Source: Eledone cirrhosa
Lineage: Eukaryota
Assembly (NCBI GenBank): GCA_964016885.1
Contig: OZ024750.1
Location: 15,624,001 to 15,688,000, forward strand
Direction of reading: 5' to 3'
Length of the DNA: 64,000 bases
Below the pieces are notes generated by a model. It was given only the letters and a program-made list of their open reading frames with translations, made no database searches and was not told the origin of the DNA. Shown piece after piece: positions 37,853 to 51,300 of the stretch. Positions within the stretch are counted from its first letter, which is position 1; every line of letters begins with the position of its first letter. The translations under genes and the position numbers were made by a program.

Positions 37853-40227
37853 ACCATTGTGGACAGCTGAATCAGTTCAGCTTCTAGTTGAAACTATGTT
37901 CTCATGAAAGGCAACAATGTCTTACAATTTACATTTATTATCAAATAAATTTGTAGTCTTGTGTCCAAGCTAGAAATTAATTTTTCTGACTAATAATTGC
38001 AGAAGAGAAAAATCACTTAAATTTGATTGAAAAAGAAAAATGTTTTCTGCAACTATGAAACAAATACAATTATTTAACATTTTTGTGAATCAAAAGAGGT
38101 TAGAAGGTTGAAAGTTGCAGTAAATGCTTTTATAAATTTGTTACAAAAATCGACCTTGCACCTTGATTGGTAGTTTTCTATCTTTTTTCTTTGTATTTTC
38201 TAACTTAAAAACCTACTCATATTGATTTTGGTTTTTAACCCTTTCATCATTATATTTCAATTAATTCATGAAACGTTTAAAGAGATTTATTATTTGGAGA
38301 GAATTATTATTTTGTTATGAAAATGATATTTGTAGCATGAAAAAAGATTCATCATCATCATCACCACCACCACCACTACCACCACCAGAGGTTGTCATGT
38401 CTTTGACACAGCTAAGGGTCCTCCCAACCTTTTGTTTGGCAAGCTTTCTACTGCTGGATACCCTTCCTATCACCAACCACTTAACAGCATATACTGGGTG
38501 TGTTTATCATGTAGATCACCGACACTAAGGAAGCTCTCATATCCTTGACATGATTGAAGGGTCCTCCAAACCCCTTGGTTTCGGAAGCTTTCTATGGCTG
38601 GATGCCCTTCCTATCACCAACCAATTTACAGTGTAAACTGGATGCATTTATCATGCAGATCACTAACTCTAGGGATGTTGCCATACTGTGGCACGACTGA
38701 GGGGTCCTCTTGACAACCACACTTCTATTCTTTTTTTCTCTCCCTCTCTCTCATGGAGGTGTTGCAAGAGAGTAATAATGGAGGGGGCATGAGTAGGGTG
38801 CAGGGATTAGCTACTAGGGTGTGATATTGAGGGTATGTAAGGGTTTTGTTCTTATATCAAATTATATTGAAAGATTTTAATTTAGGTGCCAGGAAATCCC
38901 AGTAGAAGGCAACTGCAGTAGCGGAAGACCAATGAATACCTGGGCAGAGATCGTGAGAGCTGATCTCAAATCACTGAGACTCACAGAGGAAATGATAAAG
39001 GAACATGACGAGTGGAGAGATGCTGTGCTGAAAAGGACCCATCCAACCCATGCAAGGATGTTAAAACAGACATAAAAATGATTATGGTGATGATAGGATG
39101 ATAGGAACCTTTCAAAATGGGTGGTCTTCTTTCATAGAACCAGAAATGGTTTGAAGCAGGATGGTATCAAAAGGATTAAATGTCTGAATTATAATGGAAT
39201 TGATTCAGTTGCCAAGGCAATCCTCAGCAACATTAATCCTGGATCTAAAGATATCTTAGCTTTGCATTTAAACCTTGCTAGGGGCTAATAAATGAGCATT
39301 ACTAATATATTAGGGGTGATATAATCAACTATAAAATGAGAAGGTTTGTTTGTTTTGAAAACAAATCTCTATATAAGACAAATCTCTATATAAGATATAT
39401 CTATATAAGATAATTCTTAAAGTTCATATACTTACAATAAGTTTTATTTTGGTATAAAATGAAAAGAGACACACATATACACATATATACCTTTTTTCTC
39501 CCACTCTCGCTCTCTTTCATATATCGATATATTTATATATATGTATAAGAGCATGTATATCATCATCATCACATTTAATGTCCACTTTTCCATGCTATTG
39601 TGAGCAATGCCAGGTCAGGTGTCCCTGTCTTGCTCATACAGAACTGATTTGGGTTTGGTTTCTACAGCTTGATGCCCTTCCTAGCACCAACCTCATTTAC
39701 AGTGAGTACTGGGTGTTTTTTGTTGTGACACCTACACAACCACTCTACAGTTTGGACTGGGTGGTGTTGTTGTTGGTGGTGGTATTGATAATGGTGTTGA
39801 CACTGACTTTTAAGAGTATGATGGTAGTGATGGTGTTATGGTGGTTATCAAGGATGAGCCATTGAGCATCGTGGCTGAACTAATTTACCATGGTGGTGGT
39901 GGCAGTTTAATTAGATAAACTCAGCATCACGAACACCAGTGACTTTGCTAATGATTGACTATTAATTTGACAATATGTTAGCTCAACTGCTCCAGTTAAC
40001 AGAGAAATCTATAAGTATGCAGATGTGGGTAGCCACATATAATCTAGCCATTAGAAAAAGCAAAATGAATGCTTCACATTTGAAAGAAGGGTAACTCAAG
40101 ATATATATATATATATATATATATATAGTAATAATAATAAAATTGAAGACTAAAATCCAGAGAGGGCTCGATAAGGAAAATATATATCAAATATATAAGA
40201 ACCGAAGAGCAAATATTTATTAAATAA

Positions 40228-40301
40228 CAGATTAAAGTTTAAGCAAAGAATCGCTGCTTTCACCCTTAATGGGATCTTCTGAAACTAACAAAGTCAATCT
40301 G
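40228..40301 (-). ncRNA. Extended type I hammerhead fold with U4A core change
   Basis: cagauuga(cuuuguu)aguuu-CAGAAGA-uccc(auuaa)gggu-GAAA-gca(gcgauucuu)ugc-UU-aaacu-uuaaucug; (TA)n-flanked element 40128-40318. Confidence 0.65.
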
Positions 40302-40318
40302 TAAACGCAGAACTGGAA

Positions 40319-40349
<31 letters not shown>

Positions 40350-40670
40350 GAGAGAGAGAGAATATATATATATGTATACATACATACATATATATATCAT
40401 TTCATCATCATCATTTCATTTTACGTCCGCTTTTCCCTGCTTGCAAGGGTGGGGCGGGAACTGATTCTGGCTTGATTTCTACAGCTGGATGCCCTTCCTA
40501 ACACCAACCTCATTTACAGTGAGTGCTGGGTGCTTTTTTTTTTCGTGGGACCTCCACGACCACTTTACAGTGGAATGATAGGGACCCCAGTCCCTATCAT
40601 CTCATTTCTACAGCTGAGTAAACTGGAGCAATGTGAAATAAAGTGTCTTGCTCAAGGAAACAACAATATA

Positions 40671-40703
<33 letters not shown>

Positions 40704-40829
40704 TCCCAAACCCATGCAAGCGTGGAAGATGGACGTTAAACGATGATGATGATATATATATATATATATATATATCCCATGCGAGCGTGGAATATGGACG
40801 TTAAACGATGATGATGATGATGATGATGA

Positions 40830-40867
<38 letters not shown>

Positions 40868-40984
40868 CGTTTCTGAATTTGTTTAGCAAGATTGTTTATC
40901 TGAAAACGTGTGTTGAAACCGATATTGGAGTGAAAGCAACTGGTGCGTGTGTTTCTTATTGGCAACATAACCCTCCCAAAGTAT

Positions 40985-41042
<58 letters not shown>

Positions 41043-41052
41043 CAATATATAT

Positions 41053-41117
<65 letters not shown>

Positions 41118-41120
<3 letters not shown>

Positions 41121-41397
41121 ACTACCAAACCGGCTTCCTACATAACGGTTGCTCAATATTTATGGTACGTCAAAATTATTTATAAAACTGTTTATATATT
41201 GTATTTTATCTGAAGAAGGCATGCCATATTTTTAATATGGTATCCCCGAAATATGTATAATGAAATAAATATGGTTTTATAAATATAGTTTCCATTTGTT
41301 TAATATCGTATATCTACTCCAAAACTTGTCGAGTGCTTTATATCAGTTATAAAATATTTACTTGTTGTAACCCAACAATTTTAAATAAAACTTTTGC

Positions 41398-41398
<1 letters not shown>
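41118..41398 (+). mobile_element. Family A element with hammerhead at 41202-41267
   Basis: uauuuuau-CUGAAGA-aggcaugccaua..uaugguaucccc-GAAA-uaugua-UA-augaaaua; same 3' terminus as 12270; (TA)n on both sides. Confidence 0.8.
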
Positions 41399-41439
<41 letters not shown>

Positions 41440-42729
41440 TGGAAATATTCATTCTTAAAATAATGTATATGAAGGCTTTATTTATTTCACTTTATCCAAT
41501 AATGTATGAAACATGATTATCCAGTTATACTTGTTCTTACCTGGTAGTACACTGATAGCTATTGTTTAGCTTGACAAGCTCATACTGAGATATATGTAAA
41601 TGTCACTTAGTGAAAATTATGTAAGCATAAGTGTTAACGATCTCTATAATACTGATCTTTGAAGAATATTAGACTCTATAAAAATATTTGACAAGAGGTA
41701 TGCCTATGTGGTCACGTAGTCCCCAGCACTGTATTTTTACCTATGGGCCTAATAATTTATATAAATGGTTTAATGATTCAACCACCATAGTTCTTCTCAC
41801 CCATGATAATCAAAGTCAGATCATACATCTGAAGAAGTTTCTTTTTTTAACTATAGCTTATCTGACTTTAACCCTTTAGCATCTACATTACTCTATATAT
41901 ACTTTTGTATTTTTGTATTATCTCACATAATATAGAATCTATGAAATTTCAATATTATTTATTTTGATAACAATACTGTTGTGAAAATTCTCAGCTTCTG
42001 TTGAATAATATTTTGTAGATTTGACGATAAATGTTTTAAGAGGAAATTCAGGAATAAACAAATTTGCAAATTTTTTGTACCGTGAACATGACTATAACCA
42101 GTTCAATGTCATTATTAAAATACTTACAGCTGGCCTTGTGCCTAAAGTAGAAGCAATTATTAAAATACTTACAAGATTGGTATGAGAATTTTACAAATTT
42201 TTCCTCAAAGTTTAGAATAAGGAAATACATGTATTGGAATTGTGTGTCTATATCTCTAAATGCCTCTGTGTGTGTGTGTAGGTGTGCATGTTTATATGTA
42301 TATGCCTATGTGCATACATACATACATGATGGCTACCACTCGATTTCAAGTAATGCCATCACTTGATACTTAAGAATGAGCAGCACGGACATAGCTTTTT
42401 AGTCCTGCTAGGGACAGAAATGCCATGCATTGTAAAACAATGTCACATACCAAGCGATGCTTCTGCTTGAAGCTTTTTTAAGTGAGGAAAGGCTATGCAT
42501 GGGGGTCTATCCCACTCTCTGAACATCAAATGCATTTGCCCCAAAAGAAGAACTGGCAAATAAAGTCGCAGGTTTTATACCAGTGTGACTTTCTGCTAGA
42601 GAGATGTCTTAATGAAGACTAGAAGTCTTTCGCTCCACACAAAAAAATATATATATACAAGGGCGGTGCCCCAGCATGGCCTCAGCCGGATGGCTGAAAC
42701 AGGTAAAAGAGTAAAAGAGTATATACTTT

Positions 42730-43020
42730 ATTGAATGGCTGTTGACTCTTCTGAGTTCCTCTGCCCTTTGACGGGTTTGTTTTTCATCCTGCAGGGTATC
42801 TAAAATCACCCTCCTCACCAAGCAAGCTTGGTGGGGTTGCTGGTTTAGTCGCCGACACCTAACCATGCAGTAGGGGAAGACCTGCTCGAAACTTCATCAA
42901 TCAACTCTCAGATGATACAAACATCAGTAGAGAGCAGTTGTCAGGAGCAATGGAAAATGGTGAATTGTGGAGAAACTTTGTCAGGTATGTTTGTGTGTGG
43001 TTGCAATGATGATGATGATA
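42730..43020. mobile_element. Dispersed RTE-associated repeat (minus) joined to an RTE 3' end (plus)
   Basis: 42730-42868 is homologous to 44605-44782 and 61302-61480; 42870-43020 encodes GRPARNFINQLSDDTNISREQLSGAMENGELWRNFV plus (GAT)n. Confidence 0.7.
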
Positions 43021-43282
43021 AATTACAAAAGGTTTAATCAGATGTTCTTTCTGTTGAATGCAGTCATAGTAGTTAGGGTATCTTCAGCAACACTACCTGA
43101 CATACGTGAGTATGTATGTATCAGAGATATATAACCATGTATATATTTATTGAATAGTGCAGTCTTACCTGAGATATGTGATCAATTCTGTATGTATTCG
43201 TCAATAAAAAAAAAGTATCCGTCCAGTATTGAGATTGATTCTTCCTCTATATCTCTTTCTCACTTCCATTCTCTGCAAGAAA

Positions 43283-43512
43283 TCAGCTGTGTTCAAACCT
43301 GGAGAGGGATGGGCTTCAGCTGTGTTCAAACCTGGAGAGGGATGGGCTTCAGCTGTGTTCAAACCTGGAGAGGGATGGGCTTCAGCTGTGTTCAAACCTG
43401 GAGAGGGATGGGCTTCAGCTGTGTTCAAACCTGGAGAGGGATGGGCTTCAGCTGTGTTCAAACCTGGAGAGGGATGGGCTTCAGCTGTGTTCAAACCTGG
43501 AGAGGGATGAGC
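43283..43512. repeat. 33-bp tandem repeat, 7 copies
   Basis: TCAGCTGTGTTCAAACCTGGAGAGGGATGGGCT. Confidence 0.95.
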
Positions 43513-44261
43513 TCTGCCAGATTTAAAATGCACCAAGACTCACTGCATATCACTATTGATCCCCTACGGTACCTTCAAGACTTATGGATCCATATATTTA
43601 TACACACCAAGAACATTAACTTTTATCATGTTTGAAACTTTCTTATCAGAGATGAAATATAGAAGAAATTCTGTTTTTCAATCCACCAAGGTTGTGGAAA
43701 TAAGTATAAATACCAGATACATACTGAGATCACTACAATAGACAACGTTAAAATATACAAACAAATGAAGAAACCTCTATGTGGTCACAAGAAATAGCAG
43801 ACAAATTTTCACCCAATTACACATTACCATCTTTAAAAAGGAAGGATACATTGGATAACTTAATACTGGATACACTATGTCTGAAAAAAAAAGATATGAT
43901 AGTCATGTCAGAAAAACCTTTGGTCATACATCTGCTTGTCAGGTCTGACAAAGGAATAAACAACAATACCAACTGCAGCTCATCTAAATACATTCGCCAA
44001 TGAGACGCCAGCCATATATTATAAAAGGAAATAGAGAAAATCTGAGCTGGTTAGTTATACTCCATGTGGCTAGTTTACTAGTTAATTCCCACCCTTCATT
44101 CACTACACTGCAACTGAAGTCTAAAATTACTGTTGTAATCAGGCAGTCTGTGAAATATCAGAAATAGAAGAATATCACATTCAATCATATTCTGGCCTAG
44201 CAAATAGTTTTTGTTCGATGGTAATGTAATTTCAAGTTACACTATCATTAAATTATACATA

Positions 44262-44306
<45 letters not shown>

Positions 44307-44331
44307 ATCTGTGTATGTGTGTGTGTATGTA

Positions 44332-44391
<60 letters not shown>

Positions 44392-44534
44392 TACACACAC
44401 ACATGTATATATATATACACACACATACACACGCACATATATATATATATATACACACATACACACACATATATATATATATACACACACACATAAACAC
44501 ACACATATATATATATATATATACACACACACAT

Positions 44535-44589
<55 letters not shown>

Positions 44590-45202
44590 GTCAGGTCACC
44601 AGTTGGTGCTACTGGTAACATGTATCCCAGTACAACCTGTCCCATGGTCGGGTCGTTGGCGACTAAACTAGCAACCCCACCAAGGTTTCTTGGTGAGGAG
44701 GGTGACTTTGTACATCCTGCAGGACTAAAAACAAAACCTGTCAAAGGGCAAAGGAGCTCTTTAGAGTCAATGGCCATCCAAAATCACTGGGAGAGATGAC
44801 TCCTTAGCCTTTGTCAAGGCAGAATTCTAGGAGAAGGAAAACTCTGATATAACACCTGCAACCCTGATGGTATCCAATGATGTTGACTTGTTCTTCTTTT
44901 TGGTAAATATTATCTTGGTTAAGAGAGTGGGAGTGGCTTTGTGCAGTGCCTTTGCTCACTATAAAAGCTTCACAGCACAGGCATTGCTTTATATCTGGAG
45001 ATCTCTGATCTCTCTGCACTTGTCGTCACATGGTACCATGTGCCCAGCACTATGTGTCAATAATTGTCACAATTGTAGTGTTTGTACCAGAGTTTTCAAG
45101 TCGCTGGCTGGACTAAAAAGTCACACTCGTTCAGCGCATTGGTAGGGGTTCTCCTACATGGATATAAAGTAGTGGCCGTACTCGAAAACGAGTTGGCAGC
45201 CA

Positions 45203-45279
<77 letters not shown>

Positions 45280-46371
45280 TATATATCTATATCTATATAT
45301 TATATATATGTATTATATACATATATAATACATATATATAATATATAGATATTGATATATAATATATTATATATATATACATAATATATATATTATATAC
45401 ATATATATATGTGATATATATTATATATATATAATATATTATATATATATACATAATATATATATTATATACATATATATATGTGATATATATTATATAT
45501 ATATATATATATACACGTTAACGTGGTTGGTGTTAGGAAGGGCATCCAGCCGTAGAATACCCGCCAGACAGTCCTATACGAGCAAGACAACCAATCTTGC
45601 CTCAAGTGGGAAAACTCCCGTCCAAACCCATGCAAGCGTGGAAGATGGACGTTAAACGATGATGATGATGATGATGATGATGATGTGTGTGTATGTGTGT
45701 GTGTGTGTGTGTGTGGTGTTAGTAGGGAGCATGAAATACAAATATAAATATAGGACATGCAAAACACATTCAAACACATGTGCACACACACACACACACA
45801 CATGCATACACACATGTACACACACACGGATACACACATATATGTACACACTTGTGCAACCACTGACATGCAATCTTCAGCAATGATTTGGTGATAAGGC
45901 TTCTGTTGCAACAGACTTACATTTGTATAGTTAAACAAACAGAATTAGATCAGCTTTAGTATTCCAAATAATGCTCTCATCATCATCATCATCGTTTAAC
46001 GTCCATCTTCCGCGCTAGCATGGGTTTGCTCTATAAATATCAACTCAGATGGTGGAATATATCCCAAATGTATACTGCCATAGACACACATATGTGCACA
46101 CATCCAGAAGCATATTTCAATGTATAGCTCAATGTTTATTTAATCCACCAATAGATTTTCAAACCTTCCCATATGAACTGCATGTTCTATTTATTGTCTT
46201 GAATTTAATGTAGCCTCCTGCCTTCCATCATTCATGAACATGGCCCTGAGATACTTGAACTCCTCCACCTGCTCCACTGGGACTCTATTCACATGTAGAG
46301 TACAATGTGCAGGTTTCCTTAAGAGGACGAGTGCCTCAGTTTTTGCAGTACTGATTTTTATTCCAGCCATA

Positions 46372-46930
46372 AATAATAATGAAATTATTGCGTACAGTGC
46401 TCAGGTGTACTACAACTCATCAAAGGTGCATGTATAGTAGATAGAGTAATTGTTTCTACTTTAGGCACAAGGCCAGCAATTACCCAGTGCATTACTGGTG
46501 CTTTATTTTATCGACCCCGTAAGGATGAAAGGCAAAGTCAACATCGGCGGGATTTGAACTCAGATCGTAAAGGGACGTAAGTACAGGATCGTATAGTACA
46601 TAGAATAATGTACAAATATCAGGAAAATGAACAGTGTATGAGTCATGATATACATCTGTGCGTGTGTATGGAGAGGAGGGGGGGGGGGATATCAGGTGTA
46701 GTGTTGGCGAATTTCAGGAAGCATGAAGGTTTTAAAGGATGCAGTGTCTCGACAGTTAACAACTGACGCAGGTAGTTTATTCCATGCTTCAGCAACTCTG
46801 AGTGTGAAAAAATGTTTCCAAAAGTCATGGGGGTTGTGCTGTTTTCTGACTTTGTAGGCATGTCCATGGGTGTTAGACACATGGAATTCAAAAAGGTGCT
46901 CAGGGTTGTTGTTGGGAAGATGTTTGTAGC
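46372..46930 (-). mobile_element. CR1-group LINE 3' fragment interrupted by SINE A (46447-46580)
   Basis: NTHGHAYKVRKQHNPHDFWKHFFTLRVAEAWNKLPASVVNCRDTASFK; the SINE is flanked by duplicated GTATAGTA.ATAGA.TAAT. Confidence 0.88.
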
Positions 46931-47736
46931 ACTCGGCATCAAACCTATTAAGTGCAAGTCAGAGATCAACTTCTCTTAGGTTAAGTAATACCATATTGTC
47001 TGTGAATTCCAGCCAACTGATCCTACACTTGCCAGTCATGATACCACTTCCAACCAGGCTGTGCATGTCAATCCTGTTCATGAAAATAATGAACAGGAGA
47101 GGTGGCAGTATGCACCCTGGGCAGAGTCCAGCTCTCACATTGAATAGTAGACCCTGAGCAAGATGGTTGGATAACAGCCATCAGCTTGGCTGGTCTCACT
47201 TGAAAATACAGCTGGATGAGTTGGAAACAGTTGCTTCTGACATGACCTGCTGGAAGGAGTGTTTGATGACTCTGACCCTACAATGCTCTCAGTGGGGTGG
47301 GGCAGCTGATTAGGTTTGCAGGGCTGAAGGCAGTTCAGGTTTTTTTGTTATGGTGGAAGGGGGGGGGATGACTGTTCTTAGAGGAAGCCCTGTTTGACAA
47401 GGTATGCCCAGGGCGTTCTCCCCATTGCCCCCATAAATCTGAACATGGTGATATATAGCTAGCTGTAATGACGCCAACATCAAACAGTGTTTTCCTGCCA
47501 ATATATTCTTCTCTGAAACATTAAGTTGTCTTCAAGTCACTGAGTCTGCCATTAAATTTCCTTCTTCCTTTCGCTCCAACCACCATCTTGGTAAGCACCA
47601 TCTTGGTAAGCAGCCATATGTTCACTGACATTAAATTAGTGATCTTTGGCAAAGGAGGATATCATAAGTTACAGGTGGAAGTTGTATTAACCCTTTAGCA
47701 TTCTTTTTGCTCACTCAGACTATAGCTTATCTGACT

Positions 47737-47950
47737 TTAACCCTTTAACATTCACATTACTATATATATACTATTGTATTTTTGTGGTAAAGGCTTTATC
47801 TTACATAATTATCTCACATAATATAGAATCTATGAGATTTTGATGTTATTTATTTTGAGAACAACACCTTAATATAAGTGGCCAGTTTGAATAGAATGAG
47901 ATAAGGGGAATTCTGGCCGGATATGGCCGGTTTAAATGCTAAAGGGTTAA
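47737..47950 (+). mobile_element. piggyBac-type MITE
   Basis: TTAA-flanked TIRs as in the other copies. Confidence 0.88.
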
Positions 47951-48343
47951 AGTAAAAAGAAAAAAAAAGTTTTAAAAAAAAAGGAAAGAAAGGAGAATAT
48001 ATGAAGTCAGATATGATAATTTAGTTGATCAAACGAGTGTTGTGTTCACCTCTCTCAAGTGATTCACTGCTCAAGAAAAACTGATCTCCTTGTGTTTGCT
48101 GTAGTGACCTTTTCTAATGTGAAGTGGTTCTTATTACTTCCCTTTCTTCCCCTCTCCCCGTCTCTCTCACTCTCATTCTCACCATACATCATCAATCCCC
48201 ATTAAACCCATTCCTCCACCTTCACTCTTCTCTCATCTCTTTCTCAACCTTCTCATCCATGTCATTGCCAATATCGTTCATCAATATCATCATTACCCCC
48301 CCCCCCCACACCTCCACATCTTCCTCTTCTTCCTCCTAACCAC

Positions 48344-51300
48344 TGTGGTGTAGGTAGTAGTATAGTGGTGGTGTTGGTAGTGGTATAGTGGTGGTGTAGG
48401 TAGTGGTTTATTGGTGGTGTAGGTAGTGGTTTATTGGTGGTGTAGGTAGTGGTATAGTGGTGGTGTTGGTAGTGGTATAGTGGTGGTGTTGTTAGTGGTA
48501 TAGTGGTGGTGTTGGTAGTGGTATAGTGGTGGTGTTGGTAGTGGTATAGTGGTGGTGTTGGTAGTGGTATAGTGGTGGTGTAGGTAGTGGTATAGTGGTG
48601 GTGTAGGTAGTGGTTTATTGGTGGTGTAGGTAGTGGTTTATTGGTGGTGTTGTTAGTGGTATAGTGGTGGTGTTGGTAGTGGTATAGTGGTGGTGTTGTT
48701 AGTGGTATAGTGGTGGTGTTGGTAGTGGTATAGTGGTGGTGTTGGTAGTGGTATAGTGATGGTGTAGGTAGTGGTTTATTGGTGGTGTTGTTAGTGGTAT
48801 AGTGGTGGTGTTGGTAGTGGTATAGTGGTGGTGTAGGTAGTGGTTTATTGGTGGTGTTGTTAGTGGTATAGTGGTGGTGTTGTTAGTGGTATAGTGGTGG
48901 TGTTGGTAGTGGTATAGTGGTGGTGTTGGTAGTGGTATAGTGATGGTGTAGGTAGTGGTTTATTGGTGGTGTTGTTAGTGGTATAGTGGTGGTGTTGGTA
49001 GTGGTATAGTGGTGGTGTAGGTAGTGGTTTATTGGTGGTGTAGGTAGTGGTTTATTGGTGGTGTTGGTAGTGATATAGTGGTGGTGTAGGTAGTGGTTTA
49101 TTGGTGGTGTTGTTAGTGGTATAGTGGTGGTGTTGGTAGTGATATAGTGGTGGTGTAGGTAGTGGTTTATTGGTGGTGTTGTTAGTGGTATAGTGGTGGT
49201 GTTGGTAGTGGTATAGTGGTGGTGTAGGTAGTGGTTTATTGGTGGTGTTGTTAGTGGTATAGTGGTGGTGTTGGTAGTGATATAGTGGTGGTGTAGGTAG
49301 TGGTTTATTGGTGGTGTTGTTAGTGGTATAGTGGTGGTGTTGGTAGTGGTATAGTGGTGGTGTAGGTAGTGGTTTATTGGTGGTGTTGTTAGTGGTATAG
49401 TGGTGGTGTTGGTAGTGATATAGTGGTGGTGTAGGTAGTGGTTTATTGGTGGTGTTGTTAGTGGTATAGTGGTGGTGTTGGTAGTGGTATAGTGGTGGTG
49501 TAGGTAGTGGTATAGTGGTGGTGGTGTTGTTAGTGGTATAGTGGTGGTGTTGGTAGTGGTATAGTGATGGTGTAGGTAGTGGTTTATTGGTGGTGTTGTT
49601 AGTGGTATAGTGGTGGTGTTGGTAGTGGTATAGTGGTGGTGTAGGTAGTGGTTTATTGGTGGTGTTGTTAGTGGTATAGTGGTGGTGTTGGTAGTGGTAT
49701 AGTGGTGGTGTAGGTAGTGGTTTATTGGTGGTGTTGTTAGTGGTATAGTGGTGGTGTTGGTAGTGGTATAGTGGTGGTGTAGGTAGTGGTTTATTGGTGG
49801 TGTTGTTAGTGGTATAGTGGTGGTGTTGGTAGTGATATAGTGGTGGTGTAGGTAGTGGTTTATTGGTGGTGTTGTTAGTGGTATAGTGGTGGTGTTGGTA
49901 GTGGTATAGTGGTGGTGTAGGTAGTGGTATAGTGGTGGTGGTGTTGTTAGTGGTATAGTGGTGGTGTTGGTAGTGGTATAGTGATGGTGTAGGTAGTGGT
50001 TTATTGGTGGTGTTGTTAGTGGTATAGTGGTGGTGTTGGTAGTGGTATAGTGGTGGTGTAGGTAGTGGTTTATTGGTGGTGTTGTTAGTGGTATAGTGGT
50101 GGTGTTGGTAGTGGTATAGTGGTGGTGTAGGTAGTGGTTTATTGGTGGTGTTGTTAGTGGTATAGTGGTGGTGTTGGTAGTGATATAGTGGTGGTGTAGG
50201 TAGTGGTTTATTGGTGGTGTTGGTAGTGGTATAGTGGTGGTGTAGGTAGTGGTATAGTGGTGGTGGTGTTGTTAGTGGTATAGTGGTGGTGTTGGTAGTG
50301 GTATAGTGGTGGTGTTGGTAGTGGTATAGTGGTGGTTTGTTAGTGGTATAGTGGTGGTGTTGGTAGTGGTATAGTGGTGGTGTTGGTAGTGGTTTAGTGG
50401 TGGTGTTGGTAGTGGTATAGTGGTGGTGTAGGTAGTGGTATAGTGGTGGTGTAGGTAGTGGTATAGTGGTGGTGTTGTTAGTGGTATAGTGGTGGTGTTG
50501 GTAGTGGTATAGTGGTGGTGTAGGTAGTGGTATAGTGGTGGTGGTGTTGTTAGTGGTATAGTGGTGGTGTTGGTAGTGGTATAGTGGTGGTGTTGTTAGT
50601 GGGATAGTGGTGGTGTAGGTAGTGGTATAGTGTTGGTGTAGGTGGTGGTGTAGGTAGTGGTATAGTGGTGGTGTTGGTAGTGGTATAGTGGTGGTGTAGG
50701 TAGTGGTATAGTGGTGGTGTAGGTAGTGGTATAGTGGTGGTGTTGGTAGTGGTATAGTGGTGGTGTTGGTAGTGGTATAGTGGTGGTGTAGGTAGTGGTA
50801 TAGTGGTGGTGTAGGTAGTGGTATAGTGGTGGTGTTGGTAGTGGTATAGTGGTGGTGTTGGTAGTGGTATAGTGTTGGTGTTGGTAGTGGTATAGTGGTG
50901 GTGTTGGTAGTGGTATAGTGGTGGTGTTGTTAGTGGTATAGTGGTGGTGTTGGTAGTGGTATAGTGGTATAATGGTGGTGTTGGTAGTGGTATAGTGTTG
51001 GTGTTGGTAGTGGTATAGTGGTGGTGCTGGTAGTGGTATAGTGGTGGTGTTGGTAGTGGTATAGTGGTGGTGTTGGTAGTGGTATAGTGGTGGTGTAGGT
51101 AGTGGTATAGTGGTGGTGTTGGTAGTGGTATAGTGGTGGTGTTGGTAGTGGTATAGTGGTGGTGTAGGTAGTGGTATAGTGGTGGTGTAGGTAGTGGTAT
51201 AGTGGTGGTGTTGTTAGTGGGATAGTGGTGGTGTAGGTAGTGGTATAGTGTTGGTGTAGGTGGTGGTGTAGGTAGTGGTATAGTGGTGGTGTTGGTAGTG

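Noticed and set aside
36890-39290. Possible plus-strand exons near 36940-37011 and 39138-39290
   Set aside because: Weak or missing donors, in-frame stops, no recognisable protein
40892-40930. Hammerhead in the second family B element (CTGAAAA..GAAACCGATA)
   Set aside because: C3/A8 mismatch and no convincing stem I or III
41854-41868. TAGCTTATCTGACT resembling vertebrate miR-21
   Set aside because: Short chance match with no precursor hairpin; part of a MITE flank
44605-44680. HDV-like ribozyme in the dispersed repeat (also 61302-61380)
   Set aside because: P3-like and P4-like hairpins plus CUAA are present, but there is no room for the P1 3' strand in the required order
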